A stretch of 64,000 nt of DNA from Camelus dromedarius (taxonomy: Eukaryota): assembly GCF_036321535.1 (NCBI RefSeq), contig NC_087454.1:17918001-17982000 (forward strand), written 5' to 3'. Within the stretch, counting starts at the first letter, position 1, and each line of letters opens with the position of its first letter. Made by a program: the position numbers and the translations under genes. Shown here piece by piece: positions 1 to 13,630 of the stretch. The notes beneath the pieces are model-generated. The model had not been told where the DNA came from. It saw only the letters and a program-made list of their open reading frames with translations, and searched no databases.

Positions 1-2099
1 CACCTGCTTAGACGTCCTTTACAGTGATTATCTACATCATCCGCCTGTGTTACATACTTCCTTACTCTGCTCTCTAGTTCTGTCAGGTGCTTTTTCCCAT
101 GAACTTTTTTGAAGTTAGAAATTGTCTTAAATCTCTTAGAAGCCCCATCTAATACCTAGTACAATGCAGGCCTGAACTCTAGTTTTAATCTAAGTCAGGA
201 AGGTTTAATACTACAGTCACTTTATTCTTTTGAATGGTGAGATAACCTCATAAATATTTTAGTGCTTTTTGTCCTTCCTTGAATTATGTACATTAATTCT
301 TAGAACTGACTCTCCTTTAGAGTTCCTGGGATGTTGGCCTCTTGGCTTGCCACTTCATGAGACTATTGTAAGGAGTAGGTAGGTTTATTCATGTAAAGTG
401 ATGAAAACAGTGCCTGACATATGGTAAATGCTCAATAAATGCTAATTGTTATGATTCTATTCTGTCATATCTACCCGTAGTGTTTCATTTCATCCCTGAA
501 GGGTCTGTAACTCCACAGAAATGGAAAACTAGGATCATAATCAAATAAGTTAGAAGCTATTTCTTCTAACTGCCATCATAGATAATGGTCATCTATTTTA
601 TTATAAATCTATTATATGTCAAAAATGACTCAAGGCAGCTTACAAGATATGATAAAATAGAAAACTGAAAATACATACAAATCAGCATTAGAGAAAGAAG
701 AAAGTGCATAGAAGATCAACATCGTGACAAATTATGGTTTACCATATGGTTATTCAGGTAGGGATGCAAAGTGAGCATTCTGGCAATCAAAGTGAGATGG
801 TCATTTGCTTACATTGTATTTGGAAGGGGGCAAAATGTCCATTCTTCAAGGAAAGCAAAGTTTTCCTAATAGTTAGATTTAAGATTAATTTCTCCATTGG
901 CCTTCATGTGATTATACAATGTGTTGATAGCAAAAACTAAAAAGTATGTATTCTCCTCAATACCTAACATATAGTATGCTTTCCAGTGGATAAATGTATA
1001 GTAGCTCAGAAAGGCAAATGTAAGGATTCTTTTCGGGGCGGAGTTGGGTTAGAAGGAACAGAGGATAGAGTATATTAGATAATCAAGTATTTACTGGGTG
1101 CCAGAAGGAAAGCTCTTTTCACACATTTGAGTCACTTAATTTACCACATAATGGGATGAAGAAACTGAAATTTACAGATGTTAAATAACTTACTCAAGGT
1201 TCAGGATTTGACCCCAATACTGGACCTCATAAGCTGGACCCTGGCAAGATCTGAAAAAGAAAGAACTGTGTAAGTAAAAGCATAGAGGTGGGAAAATGCC
1301 CAGTTTGTTCCAATAGACAAACTGGATTGTCTGTGGTAGGGAGTTCAATGAAATAAAAATGAGAAAGTTTATTTGGAATTGGATAACTGGATGATGACTG
1401 CCTTGAGTACTAGCTTGTGTTTGGATTTAATCATTTAGGCAGTGAGGGAATTACTGGAGGGTTTTGATCATGGTAATAAAATTTGGTTACAGGAGGGAAG
1501 ATTAATTTGGTAGAGGACAATGTGGTTTGGGAATGAGAGAGACAGCAGTAGAAACTAGATGGAAAGTTGAAGTATTAAAACAGTGGTATTGGGGAACAGA
1601 GAGCAGTAGTCAGATGAAGAGCTGGTAAAGGAAAGGTTCTATGAAACTAGTGACTAGATATGGGCAAGGAAGAAGAGGGACCAGCAATTCCTTAATGCAA
1701 AGGTCAAAGAGTTTCTGTTTATAAATTGAGGACTGCCTGAATTCCCAATCCCTTACCTGACTCTAAGGTGTGTACAGAATCATTCTGCAGGAGGTTTGAC
1801 AAAGCTTCATAGATATAAACTAGAAGAATGTTACCAAGGATATCATGTGGTTGCAGTCAAAAGAATTATCCATTAGATAAGGCTTCTGGCCCCAACAATG
1901 CCATTTACTCCCTGAACACAAGTCAGCCATTCAGCATGAGTCTCAGTTTCCCCATTATTTCCATTTATGCCACAAAACTCCTCCAATAAGAAATTTAAAA
2001 GTGAAACTGCTTAAAAAGCAAAATACTCAGTAATTTAATAACTTACAACAATAAAGTGATGTTGTAAAGACATTGAGTGCTTATCTATAACATTGAGCG

Positions 2100-2290
2100 T
2101 TTATGTATAAATCACTGTTCTAAAGCTTTACATGAATTAATTCATTGACTCTTTACAAAACCCTAGGAATGGAGCCCAAGATAATATTATCCATATTACA
2201 AACACAAGGAAACTGAGGCTGAGATAAGTAAATCAAGGTCACACAGCAAGTAAATTACAGAACTGGGACTTGAACCTCAGCATTCTGAGG
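2100..2290 (-). mobile_element. MIR SINE fragment
   Basis: MIR core motifs 'ggaaactgaggct...aaggtcacacagc...ttgaacc'; boundaries approximate. Confidence 0.6.
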
Positions 2291-3029
2291 CTGGGGACCA
2301 CATTCTTCTATTTTATGACCCTCCCTGCAAGAGAACACACCCTCAGAAAGTGGGCTCTCTAAAGGAATTTGGTAATAGCATTGTCCTCTCCCCTGAACCA
2401 TTTTCTTAGGAATCCTAAAGACCATCCTGACACACACAGCAGAACCTAACGGAGAGAAGTGGTCTGGATGACCTGACGTGAGGGTGACATTATAGAGGTC
2501 CCACGAATTCCGCTGACACTCCACCCTGAAACAAGAGAGATTTTTTTTTTCCTAGACCTTTTTTAAACAGTTTCCTATTGAGATGTCTGGTTTTCCCTTT
2601 TCCACACTTCAGAGGTTGATTTATTTCCCCCTTGACTCTTTCTGCTATCCATATCCTTCTGACACTTTGAAATAAGCCAAAAACCCCACTACTCCCCACC
2701 TCTTTGATAGTCACAGAGAATTTTGTGGTTTTTACTTTAATACTAAATTTTCCTGGTAAAGCAATCAGAAATAGCTTCAATCCCAGCAGCTTTAGGATAT
2801 ATTCCTTCATGTGACTTTCCTTCTTCTTCCCCAAAATGTCAGGCTGAAAAGTTAGTCAGGTTTGTTTTTCCTGGTAAAGATTCCTGTTTCCCAAATACCA
2901 GGCACGCAGTCTCCTCAACTTCTCGGTCCTACCCCTTCCCTGCAGTGTTGCCCAGACCCATGCACTGGGATTTACTTGTTTCTGTTGTCAAACTAGACAC
3001 AATCTCATAGAAACTTTTGTATACCGGGA

Positions 3030-3450
3030 CTTAACTCCGTGTACAGCACCCCGGCGGGCACAGCCTCCTCCCTCGCCCTCCGGATTCAGTGGCTGCCATT
3101 ATGGAGCTCATAATCGACACAAGGACTGGACCTCTCACCCCCTTCAGTAGCAGGTGAGAGCCTGCGGAGCCATGCGTCCCTCCTCCCAAAGCAGTGGTGG
3201 GTGGCCTTGGGAGGACACCGCGGAGCAAACTCCAAACTACCAAGACCGCGCCTTGCCTGGCCCGAATCTGCGTCTGAGAACTACAATTCCCAGAAACCTC
3301 GGAGATGCACAATCGTCACAGCGCCCAGACTCCATTTCCCAGAATTCCTAGGGCCAAGTCCCACCCGCACGGAAAATCCTGTGTGACGTCATCGACGACC
3401 CGCTGAAGATTCTAAAGTCTGTGCGGGTGGGCGGTGCCACGCTAAGTACT
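3030..3450. promoter_or_regulatory. CpG-island promoter with two ZNF143/SBS-type sites, a CRE and a YY1-like motif; target gene not in window
   Basis: CpG-dense. ACTACAATTCCCAGAAACCT at 3280-3299, ACTCCATTTCCCAGAATTCC at 3329-3348, TGACGTCA at 3384-3391, GCTGCCATTAT at 3092-3102 (YY1-like on minus). Confidence 0.72.
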
Positions 3451-4132
3451 ATGGGGGGTATCAGTGGCCTTCGTTTGGGGCTGGTGGCCTAGTCAGAAGC
3501 TCTGTGGCTTCTTTTTCTAAAGCATTGGTGTATCAGAGTGAAGCTTTCACCCTTTTCCGTTAGGTTTTATTTATTTTACATGCGTTTTTCTTGCCTGTTA
3601 TGTATTAATCTGATTCTTTGATTTGTGGACTGTGAGATTGAAGATGAGTCATTCTCTTCACTGAAAATTTATTCAGCTCCATTAAAGAGGCCACCCTACC
3701 CCCCACTCTAACACACACACCCCTATACACCCTGAAAAGTATAAGGGGATGAAAAGCAAAAAATAAATGCTTGCTCCCATTACTCAGATAATCCCTGTAC
3801 ATACTAGTAAATGTTCTTTCAGCCTTTTGTTGTTCTGATATCTCTGTATCTACCAATGCTAGACATGGGGATGGACTATGTATATGTACGTTTATACATA
3901 ACAAAAAAATTATATAGTTTATATGTAGCAAAATGTTTACACATTCATCTTGAACTTTCCCCATGTTAGTTAATATTTTCCAATATAATTTTTAATGGTA
4001 CTATCAAAGAACTAATCCTGTCCCTGTATCAGCATTTTTCAGGTTTCCTAAAAAACAGTGTTTTTAATTAGAACCCCTAGCAAAAGCTTCAGTCTGCTGT
4101 TGTCAAAACAATATTGTAAAATTGCTTTCAAC

Positions 4133-4219
4133 TTTTTTTTTAATGGGGTACTGGGGCTTGAACCCAGGACCTCATGCATGCTAAGCATGCACTCTACCAC
4201 TTGAGCTATACCCTCCCCC
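4133..4219 (-). mobile_element. tRNA-derived SINE (camelid vic-1-like)
   Basis: Reverse complement reads GGGGAGGGTATAGCTCAAGTGGTAGAGTGCATGCTTAGCATGCATGAGGTCCTGGGTTCAAGCCCCAGTACCCCATTA(n): A and B boxes plus poly(A). Confidence 0.85.
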
Positions 4220-5904
4220 ACAATTATTCTTAATTTTATTAGTTGTGATATTGACACTATGGTTATGTTTAAAAGGAAGAAAAAGTCCTTATTGGTTAAA
4301 AGATACTTACTGACAAGACAAATGATAAGATGTCTAGGTCTTACTTAAAAACACTCCAGGAATAAATAAAAGTGGGGAGTGAGGGAGGGATTTCTAAACA
4401 AGGTTGGCAAATACTGATTATTGTTTAAGCTGGGTGAAGAATACACTTGATTTTACTTTTTTATTTGTGTCCATTTGAAATTTTCTATAATTAAAAAAAA
4501 ATGTATACAAGCATTTCTTTTGGAACAATGTGGCTAGCTAATTCTTTCCAACCTTATGTTCAAGCCATCCTTTGACTACTGCCCAAATGAAGAATTTTCA
4601 CCTCCACTGTCATCTCTGTACTGCTCACTGATTCCTTTTCCTGGGACCCACCTTCTTACTAGTTTTTTTCACAGTACCTCTGAAACTAAAGTAAATCTCA
4701 ACTCTTTCTGGAACACTCCTTTTACCTTCATGCTCTCCCACATCTCAGTCTCCTCCTGATCTTCCCTACATACATGACTTTAGCATCTGGCTTATAGCCT
4801 TCTGCTCTATTTCATGTCTCATTTCATTCTGAGTGACATCAGTATGCCTGATGGAGTGACTGCTTAGTAAATATTTGTTGACTCTATCAGTGTCCACATG
4901 GATGAATCATCCAGCAACATTCTGTCTTTTATCTGGAACCCTGGGGTCTTGGCAGGCAGGAATCCCCCACGCCTGTGGGTGATGCAGCATCTGCTACCTG
5001 TGCTTTTTCTCACCCATCGGTGAATCTAATCCTTCCTTTTTAATTCTTGTTCCAAAAGTCCTCCTCCTCCTCTGCCTTTAAAAGGTGCCCGCCATCTGCT
5101 CCCCACCCACAACCTTCTGTCCTTCACACTTTCCACACCCACAGCTTAGCTTCTATCCATCCCAACATTGTCAGAGATACTATTTCTTTCTGCCTTCTTT
5201 ATGACTTTCCTGTCACACTCTTTTCACTTTTCAATCTTTCCTTTTCTAGTGACTCATTTTATTATCACTTTAAACAAGTCTAGTAGGTCTCTCCTATTTA
5301 AAAATATCCTCGTTAAATTCATATGCTGTTTTTGCCACCAAGCTAATTCTCTCCTAATATGGCCAGATTTCCATCCCTTTAGACTGCTACATATTTCCTC
5401 CATTTTCCACCTTACCATCCACTTATTCTATAGCCCTTTATATTTGACCTGTTCCCTTGAAACTCAACTATATCTGCTCATAGGATAAGGAAAATTAAAA
5501 GTACACCAAGGTATCATTTTCACTAATCAGACTGGCAAAAATTCTTAGGTTTGACAACATTCTTTGCCAAGGCTATAACAAGTCAGTCTCACATATTGCT
5601 GGTAGTAGAGAGCAACCCCATGAAGGGGAATTTGGTAATATCTGACTATTGCATATATGCACATATTTAAAATGACATATGTATATATATGGTAATTCAT
5701 TGAATAACTTGTAATAGCAAAAATATTGATAATAACCTAAATGTCCTCCATAATGGAATTGGTTAAATANNNNNNNNNNNNNNNNNNNNNNNNNNNNNNN
5801 NNNNNNNNNNNNNNNNNNNNNNNNNNNNNNNNNNNNNNNNNNNNNNNNNNNNNNNNNNNNNNNNNNNNNNNNNNNNNNNNNNNNNNNNNNNNNNNNNNNN
5901 NNNN

Positions 5905-6249
5905 AAAATTATTTAGTAAAGTTTATTACCCTTCATAATGTGAGTGGGCCTCATTCAATCAGTTGTAATCCTTAAGAGCAAAACCCAGGGATTCCCAAAA
6001 CAGACGGAAATTCTGCCTCAAGATGGTAACATAGAAATCCTGAGTTTCCAGCCTGCTGGTCTGCTTTTAGGGATTTTGGACTCAAGACTGCAACTTCAAC
6101 TCATCCAAATTTCCAAACTGCTGACCTGCCCTATGGATTTTGGACTTGTCAACCCCCAAAATTATGTGAGTCAATTCTTTAAAATAAATCTCTCTGTATT
6201 TCTCTTTTTATCAATATGTTCTGTTTCTCTGAAGTACGCTAATGATACT
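5905..6249 (+). mobile_element. MLT2-type (ERVL) LTR, 3' part, nested in an old L1 3' fragment
   Basis: MLT2-like motifs 'gggcctcattcaatcagttg', 'aaattctgcctcaaga', and a 3' end 'aataaatctctct...ttctgtttctctg'; flanks are L1-like. Confidence 0.6.
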
Positions 6250-8016
6250 CAGTTATAAAAAAGATGGAGACACTCTCTATGGAAAGATCTCCAGAATATA
6301 TTTTTGGGTGAAAAAAAGGTGCATAACATTCTATGTTCTATATCTTGTGTTTAAAAGGAATTGAATCAAGAATGTGTTTTTTTTTTTATATTTGCTTACA
6401 TCTGCACTAAAACTCTTGAAGGGTACACAAATTAAAGTGTTTACTTGAGAAGGAGGTTCTAGACAGATGGAAGACAGCAGTAGGAGTGACAAGTTTTGGG
6501 GGTTATTTTTAAATACTTTTTTGATATTTGAACCATGTGACTGTTTTTAACCTATTCAAACTTAAATTTTCTGAGGACTACACTAACCCCTAATTGTAAA
6601 TTCATGAATCTTTCTGGTAAAAATCCTAACTCAGTAGCATGCTACACTACACACCAATCATTCCTTGCAATTTTCTCCTCTAGCTGCTCAGAGCTTTAAT
6701 CCTAATTCTTCAATTTTCCTTACCTCTCTTCAACCCTTCTTATTCCTGAATAGGACATTCTCCTAAGTTCTGTATTTAGCATCTTTCCTCTGCAGCTTAA
6801 ACTATTACTTCTGTGTACCAGACCTGCACCTCCACACAGAGCCTTCCTCATGAGCTCAAAACTTTCATTTCCAACTACTTTCCAGATGTCTCCAGACCTG
6901 TATCAATATTCTGTTGGCACTACAAACTAATATGTCAAAAAAAAAAAAAACTCACTCATCACCTTCAATCCAACTTTTTATACAGGCTACCATGTTGGGT
7001 GGGAAGTAGGAAAGTAGGAAAAAGAGAACGGAAGAACAGAGTCCTGAGAAATAACTGTCCTACTCAGAAGCTCCTAGGATTTCCATGTAAAAAAATCATC
7101 ACCAGCCTGTTTATTGTAATCTCCCTTCCTTCCATCTGAAAATCAAGGTCCACCTCCTTCTAGGACTTAGGGTTGGACCAGGGACACAGCATGAAGCCCC
7201 AGTGGATAAAGGTCAAGTCTGGGACACAAGACACATGTGCTGAATCTCTGCATCTGCTCGCATCTGACCCAAACTGCACTAGTTAATGGAAGATAGTTTC
7301 CTAAAACCTGACTCAAGAAGCATTTAAAGAAACCAAACAATAATTTTCTTGATAGCTTTGTAGAACTAAGACGTGAGTTTCACGAAGTGGCAAGGTCTGG
7401 GAAAAGGCACAGGCACAAGGAACCCAAGATTCTAGTTTCTGTAGTACTACTAATTAGTCATGTGATGTTACATAACAAGGTCTGAGCCACAGTTATTCTT
7501 AAACAAAATTGAAGATAACTACTTAGCCCACATGCCTCAAAGAGCTCCTGTGAGAATAACATGAGAAAATAGAAATGAAAGTTATGATAAACTAAAAGGA
7601 AATCCTCCCTCAGATTTGACTGAAGTCCAAACTATTATAAACCTCTGGACTAAGAGTCGGTAGAAAAGTAGGCTGTGTGCTCTTTCCTACTGCAATAGTG
7701 GCCACAGAGGGTCTCTGCTCAGATTCTAGGGGGTTTTTTTCTCACGTTGGGTAGAACTTGCTGGGGAAGCCTGGCCTGGACACTGGAAGAGTAGTATTAC
7801 CTAAATTATCTTATATGGACAGTGCTTACTGTGAGCCAGGCACTGTGCTAAGCACTTCACTCATTTTGTCTTATCTAATCCTCAGCCATTTTTTTTTTTA
7901 ACTGTTAAGTCCTTTGAATGCCACTAAGAGGCTGATCTCTGTGGACTGCATAGAGTGGAAGAAGAAAGAGGTAACTATATTATTCCCCCACTGGGTCTGG
8001 TTACAGTATTCCACTT

Positions 8017-8469
8017 TGTGGTAAGCTGAATGATAGCCTGTCAAAAAATATCTAGGTCCTAATCCCTGGAAAGTGTGAATGTTATTTTTATGGCAAAAAA
8101 AGACTTTGCGGAAGTGATTAAAGTAAGGATCTTGAAATGGGGAGATCACCCTGATTATCAGGTTGGACCCTAAATGCAATCACATATTTCCTTATAAGAC
8201 AAAGGCAGAGAGAGATGTGATGACAGACACAGAAGAGGAGGAGGCAATGGAGGCAGAGATTGGAGTAATGCAGCCACAAGCCAAAGTATGTCAGCAGCCA
8301 TCACAAGTTAAAAGAGACAAAGAATGACTTCTCCCCTAAAGCTTCCAGAAGGAGTGACCCAGTGAAACTGATTTCAGACTTCTGGACTCCAGAACTGTGA
8401 AATAAATCCGTTGTTTTAAGGCACCAAATTTGTGCTGATTTGTTACAGCAACCATAGGAAATGAATATA
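8017..8469 (+). mobile_element. MaLR LTR (MLT1C/D-like)
   Basis: Starts TGTGGTAAGCTGAAT; contains 'gtgattaaagtaaggatcttgaaatggggagat' and 'tccagaactgtgaaataaat...ttgttttaag...ttgttacagcaaccatagg'. Confidence 0.75.
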
Positions 8470-10499
8470 TTCTTTTGCCCTTACTCTTTCAGGCTCAGGA
8501 GTGGTACTGTCTTCCTGTGACTGATAGAAGCTGGTGTTCCACTGTCTTTTGCTGGTTCCTTTCCTTAGTTAAATTTTCTTCAGTTAAACTGCTTGAGTAT
8601 GACCATTGGTGTCTTCCTGGGACTCTACCTAGAGGTGGAGTAAAGAAGAAAGAGACCAAATAAGTCCCCAATAGACCCACTCTTTGTTTCCTGGTCTTCA
8701 TGGGCAATGCTGGGCCACCAACCTCCCAGAACTGTGGTTCTAGATTTCTCTTGGCCCCAGGATGACATTTCTCAGAGGCCTCAGTAATGATACAATCTCT
8801 TGGATCTGGACCTTGAGCTTTTATACTTTCTCACTAGTCTAAGATTGAGATGAATGCCCTCACTCCTGTTCAAGGGTGAGTCATCCATGGCCCAGGGACC
8901 CATCTGAGCCTATCCAAGGTAGAGGGTGTGTCCAAGACAGGGTCTAGAATACAGGTTCCATCCCATTGTGAGGTCATTCATATCAGACCCTCTTTCCCTC
9001 TCCTCTCTACACCATCTTCACAGGGACAAATCTAGAGAGAGAGAAACTTCCCTGACTTTTCTCTTGTCATATCAAACTATTTTTCCTGGGAACCACTCTT
9101 TACCATTAACTAGACAAAGATAGCCCACCACTAAAATTGAATAATTGCATTTTAAACGAGGGAAAGTTAATGGATTGATTTTTTTCTTAATATTAACTTG
9201 TCTGGCCATGTTTCTAAAACCTTTATCAACTGTCAACACTCTCCTGCCCCGATAGACCACAAAATGAAAGACCAGGGAGCAAAGTAATTGTATATGGTTT
9301 AACAGTAGATCATGTTCCAATCCAGCAAGTAGACATGACTTTAATTTTATGGTGTGTTTTTGTAGTAAAGCCAGAATTTCTGCAGGGAAACAATTTGATT
9401 CCTAACACCTATGTGTGAAGAGTAGCAGTTGAAATTTGAGCCTAGTTCATGCAAAGACTCAGATTGGGGTGATGGTTTGGTCACCCCCACAGAAGCAGGA
9501 TGGATCTCCCCCATCAAAAATTCGGTTCAGATGTCAAGTCTGATGGCTCCACAAAGGCACCAGAAGGACATAAAGCGTTTATTATCCATAAATAAAGACT
9601 TTCTGGGGAGAGCATGGCAGGCTCCCAAACTGGTCTGAAAATAGCCCGAGAGAAAGAGCAGAGAGGGGTTCCTAGGGTAGGTTTTATCGTGGACTGGGAT
9701 GAAGGTTCCTGCATGTGGGTCAGGGATTGTGCAGCTTGAATACCCTCACCCAGAACTTATTAGCTTGCCCAGAGAGGAAGTAGAAGGGGAGAAGGGTTGG
9801 CTTGAAAGCTGTCAGCAGCCAGTCATTAAAAATAGAAACAAACTCTTAAATACAAGTGGGGGTTTTTTTGCATGAAGGGTCAAGAACCTTTTGGAAAATA
9901 ACTCATCCTAAGGGAAGTGACAGTGGATATGTTCCAGGTGTCAAGGGCAGAGTGCCAATAGCTGATGTAAAGGATGATTTTGAGTACCACATGCTGTCTG
10001 GTATTTATAAAACCATTTCTCTCAGCTGTTTGAATTGTAGAGAAAAGGAGATCAAGTAAAATTTTTCAAGGAGCTCTTTCTAAAAAAAACTCTATTAGCC
10101 CTAAAAGGCAAAGGGAGCAGCATCCCTGCTTTCTAAAATAGCTCTTTAAGCCTCCTTAACGCACCTGCACCCTACTTATTCATGGACCCTGTGTCCCTCT
10201 ATTTTCTCAGTCCCTTCCTAGTTTCACTTCCTAGTCTCTCTTGCCTGGATGCTATAATTTACCTAGGGACGTGGGCCAAGATTACTTTCCCTCCAAAGAA
10301 TAGGATCATTATGATGAATATTGACCTCTCTCCCTCCTTATAATGTATTTGCCTTACTTAAGCTTCAGCTAGTTACTCAATTATAAATACTAATTGACTG
10401 CCCACTGTTTGAGGCAATATGCCCAAGGGCTTGTGCCTTCTTCTACTGTCTTGACCTGATGATAGTTACATAGATGTGTCCACTTTGCACATTTATATT

Positions 10500-11400
10500 T
10501 TGTGTTTTTTCATTTAATGAGTTCCAAAGCTGAATTCAGATTCCTCCGCCCCTCTGTGAACCTGCTCCTTCCTTGGTATTCCTCTTCTCAGTACATGGCA
10601 GCTCCTCTCTTCAAGTTGCTCAGGGCCTAAGCCCTTAGAGCCATTCTAGTTTCCCTTTCTCTCACACTTTCATATCCAAACCATCAGCAAATGTTGCTTG
10701 CTGTATTTTCAAAATACAGCCTCAATCCAACTACTTCCTACCACTTATCATTAATACCTCTGAGTCACCATTAGCTCTTACCTGAATGATTGGAGTAGCA
10801 TTCCAAGCAGAGTCCTGCTTGCACTCTTGACCCCCTATAATCTCTTCTGTACACTGCAGTAAGTGACCCTTTTAAAACATAATTAAAATCATGTCACTCC
10901 CATGTCAACACCCTTCAATGACTTACCATCTTATTCTGAATAAAGTGCCAAATTCTTACCATGGCAAAACATACTGCATGAAGTGTATTCCAGCTGCCTC
11001 TGACTGCATCTCCTACCACTCACTCACTGTGCTCCAGCCAGTGTTCCTAAAACTGCCAAAGATGCTTCTATCTCAGGACATTTAGGGCCACTAGTCTCTC
11101 TTCCTGGAGCGCTTTTCTCCCAGATAGCCACCTAGTTCATTCCCTTACTTCCTTGTGTCTGTGCTCCAATGGTACTTCATTAGAAAGGCATTTCCCAGCC
11201 ATTCTATCTACAATAGCACCACAACCCCTGGTGGTGACTTCTCACAAGCCCTTCATGCTTCTTTGGTATTATTTATAGCACTTATCACCACTTGGCACTT
11301 AACACAGTTATTTATAATGGGATGCTTTGTGAAAGCAGATATTTGATTTTGTCCCCTTCTGGACTCCAACCACTATGAGGTCAGGTACCTCACATGAACT
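10500..11400 (-). mobile_element. L2 LINE 3' fragment
   Basis: L2-like motifs 'cttctcagtacatggca...tcaagttgctcagg', 'tccaaaccatcagcaaatgttgc', 'tttatagcacttatcacc'; boundaries approximate. Confidence 0.55.
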
Positions 11401-13469
11401 GGCTGTGATTGAATGGATTTTAATGAAGACCTAAATGTTTAAGAATGAGTGACTAGGTTATGTGATATTTCCTCCCTTTTCCTCTTCCCTCCACCCAGTT
11501 ATTTGACAAAAACCTGGGTAGCCCAGTATCTATAATCTAGTGGCAGATTTTAAAAAACTGCCAATATAGGACCTAGAGGAAAATGCTTGGTCACTAAATA
11601 CTCAGTCTTGGACATTGAAACATCCAAAGATATATATGAAAATACTAGAATTTTAAAATAAATACTAGAGAATGATTTGCCTCATAAAGAATTGTGGCTT
11701 TATTTCTGAACAGTCTGTCAATGAGTGTTAAATTGCTAAGATAAACTGAATCCCTCTGCTATTTTTCTAGACTAATTCTATCTTCAGGGAAAAAGCTATA
11801 ACCTCTAACTTCCAATTCTCCCCTATACGTCTTCTGTTTGTTTTTGTTAGTGGAAGCACTAGGGATTGAACTCACTTTCTCAGTACGAGAAACGTTAAAG
11901 AAGTAATACTAGTGTTATATTAGGTGTTTATGGCATATTAATCACAAAATTAAGGGACAAAAAACCCTAAATAGTTACTTAAGTTCCTCTCTGTTCTTCA
12001 AATAGAGGTAAGGAAAGAAGGTAAGTACATGGCTAAGGGACATGTGAGGTGATAAAGGACAAACCTTAGTTAACCACAGTGTATAATCAGATTGACAAGT
12101 CTAAGAAAGAGCAGCAACTGCAAATCCACCCACTTTGGAAAACTGTGGGATGGCTAGCAGAGACGTTTTTGAGATACTCATAAAGGAGATACAGAAACCA
12201 AGATCATGTTAAGTCCTGGAGCTTCAATTCACTGCCTATCCCTGCTCCAGGCCTGTGTTACCTGGGAGTGGTTAGCACATACCCAAAGTCTGGGAATATG
12301 AAGGAAGACAAGCAAGCAGAGGCAAGGCATGAAAGATCAGATGTTTTTCGAGTAAAAGGGGAATTAAGTTAGTGATCACATATTCTTGGTGCTCTAGGTT
12401 TGATCTGATAGTATCTATGGAGATCAAATTAATGGAACAAAGTAGGACCTTTCAGGGTTAATCACAAATTCCCAAATAAATTCTGTCCTTTCACATAGGA
12501 ATTGGAGTGGCAAAGGACAAGAGTCTTCCTGTCCATTACAGACAGACTAGTGTTTTCTACTTGGGGATCTCCTTTGAAATAGGAGCTTTCACCTGGATAT
12601 AGAAATTTACATTTCCCTGCATTGTAGAAGAGCTCAGATTCCCATCAAAGCTTATCCTATAATCTGAGATCCATTCCTCTCTGCCAGTGTCCACCTTTCT
12701 GCAATGGGATAACTGCTATTCCTACATAGTGGAAACCATGAGAAATTTAAGAAATATCAGGATGACACTTCTTTATAGATGTTTCAAACTACAACAGCAA
12801 AAAGCCCTGAGATTTACATGGCTAGTTTCCTGAATTCTATGTGTTCTTTACTGTCTAGCATCTTCACTTAAGGAGGTGGCAGAATTCTGATGAAAGTCAC
12901 TGGCATTCACATAAGCAAAAGTGATTTTTTTCACTTGTGAAAAGCTGCAGCACCCACTCTCCCAAACCTCACTTGTGGGAAGAGTCTAGAATTCCTTTTA
13001 TATAAATAATGACCAATTCCTGTGCTATCCCATTCTCAGAGCTCTCCATTCTCAAGGGCAGGCTAGGAAATTGTCCACTGCTTTTGGAGAAAATGTAAGA
13101 GGCCCATTTCTTTAAGGCTAGAGCCATATTCATTTCTGGCTCACATGTTATCTTGACCAGGGCTGCCACAAATGGCCATGCAGGCTGTGGGCTGCCCATC
13201 TTCGGGGGTGTCACTCATACTGTCATCTGCTTGTGATATCAGGTGGCCAAGGAAAAGCCAGAAAAAGGTTTATTATTTTATTCAGCCATTTAATTTCAGC
13301 ACTTTGGTGGAGAAACAAATGGACCTTACCTACCAAAGCTTGTAAGAACCCAATTTACAAAATAAGGTGGCAGTCAAAATTACATTATGTGTACTGAGTA
13401 GCTCATCTGTGAGCTTCTAGGAGGAGCCACAAGAAGCTACTAAGGGAGTGAACCCTGAAAGCTAATCCA

Positions 13470-13630
13470 GTTGTTCTTTCCAGGGTACACATTAGGAGTT
13501 CAAAAAAGATACTGAAGCCTGGATCCCACTCCCTAGACCAATTAAATTAGTCTCTGGGGGTAGGGTCGTGGCAACAGAATTTTTAAAGTTCCTGACGTGA
13601 TTCCACTATGCAACTTGGGTTAAATCACAT
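13470..13630. mobile_element. MER5A-like hAT DNA transposon relic
   Basis: 'aaagatactgaagcctggatcccactccctagaccaattaaattagtctctggggg...atttttaaagttcc...gtgattcc'. Confidence 0.5.

Noticed and set aside
3030-3450. Assigning the symbol ZNF391 or ZNF204 to the left promoter
   Set aside because: No coding exon of either gene is in the window; synteny from memory is not enough.
8480-8850. Minus-strand stretch with faint SCAN-like words (GPRE...RP) and apparent splice sites
   Set aside because: The similarity is a few residues with stops, and the implied intron (8629-8680) is only 52 nt; not supportable.
12969-13214. 81-aa minus-strand ORF downstream of the ZNF184 3'UTR
   Set aside because: Non-ATG start, no recognisable family, and adjacent frames are full of stops.
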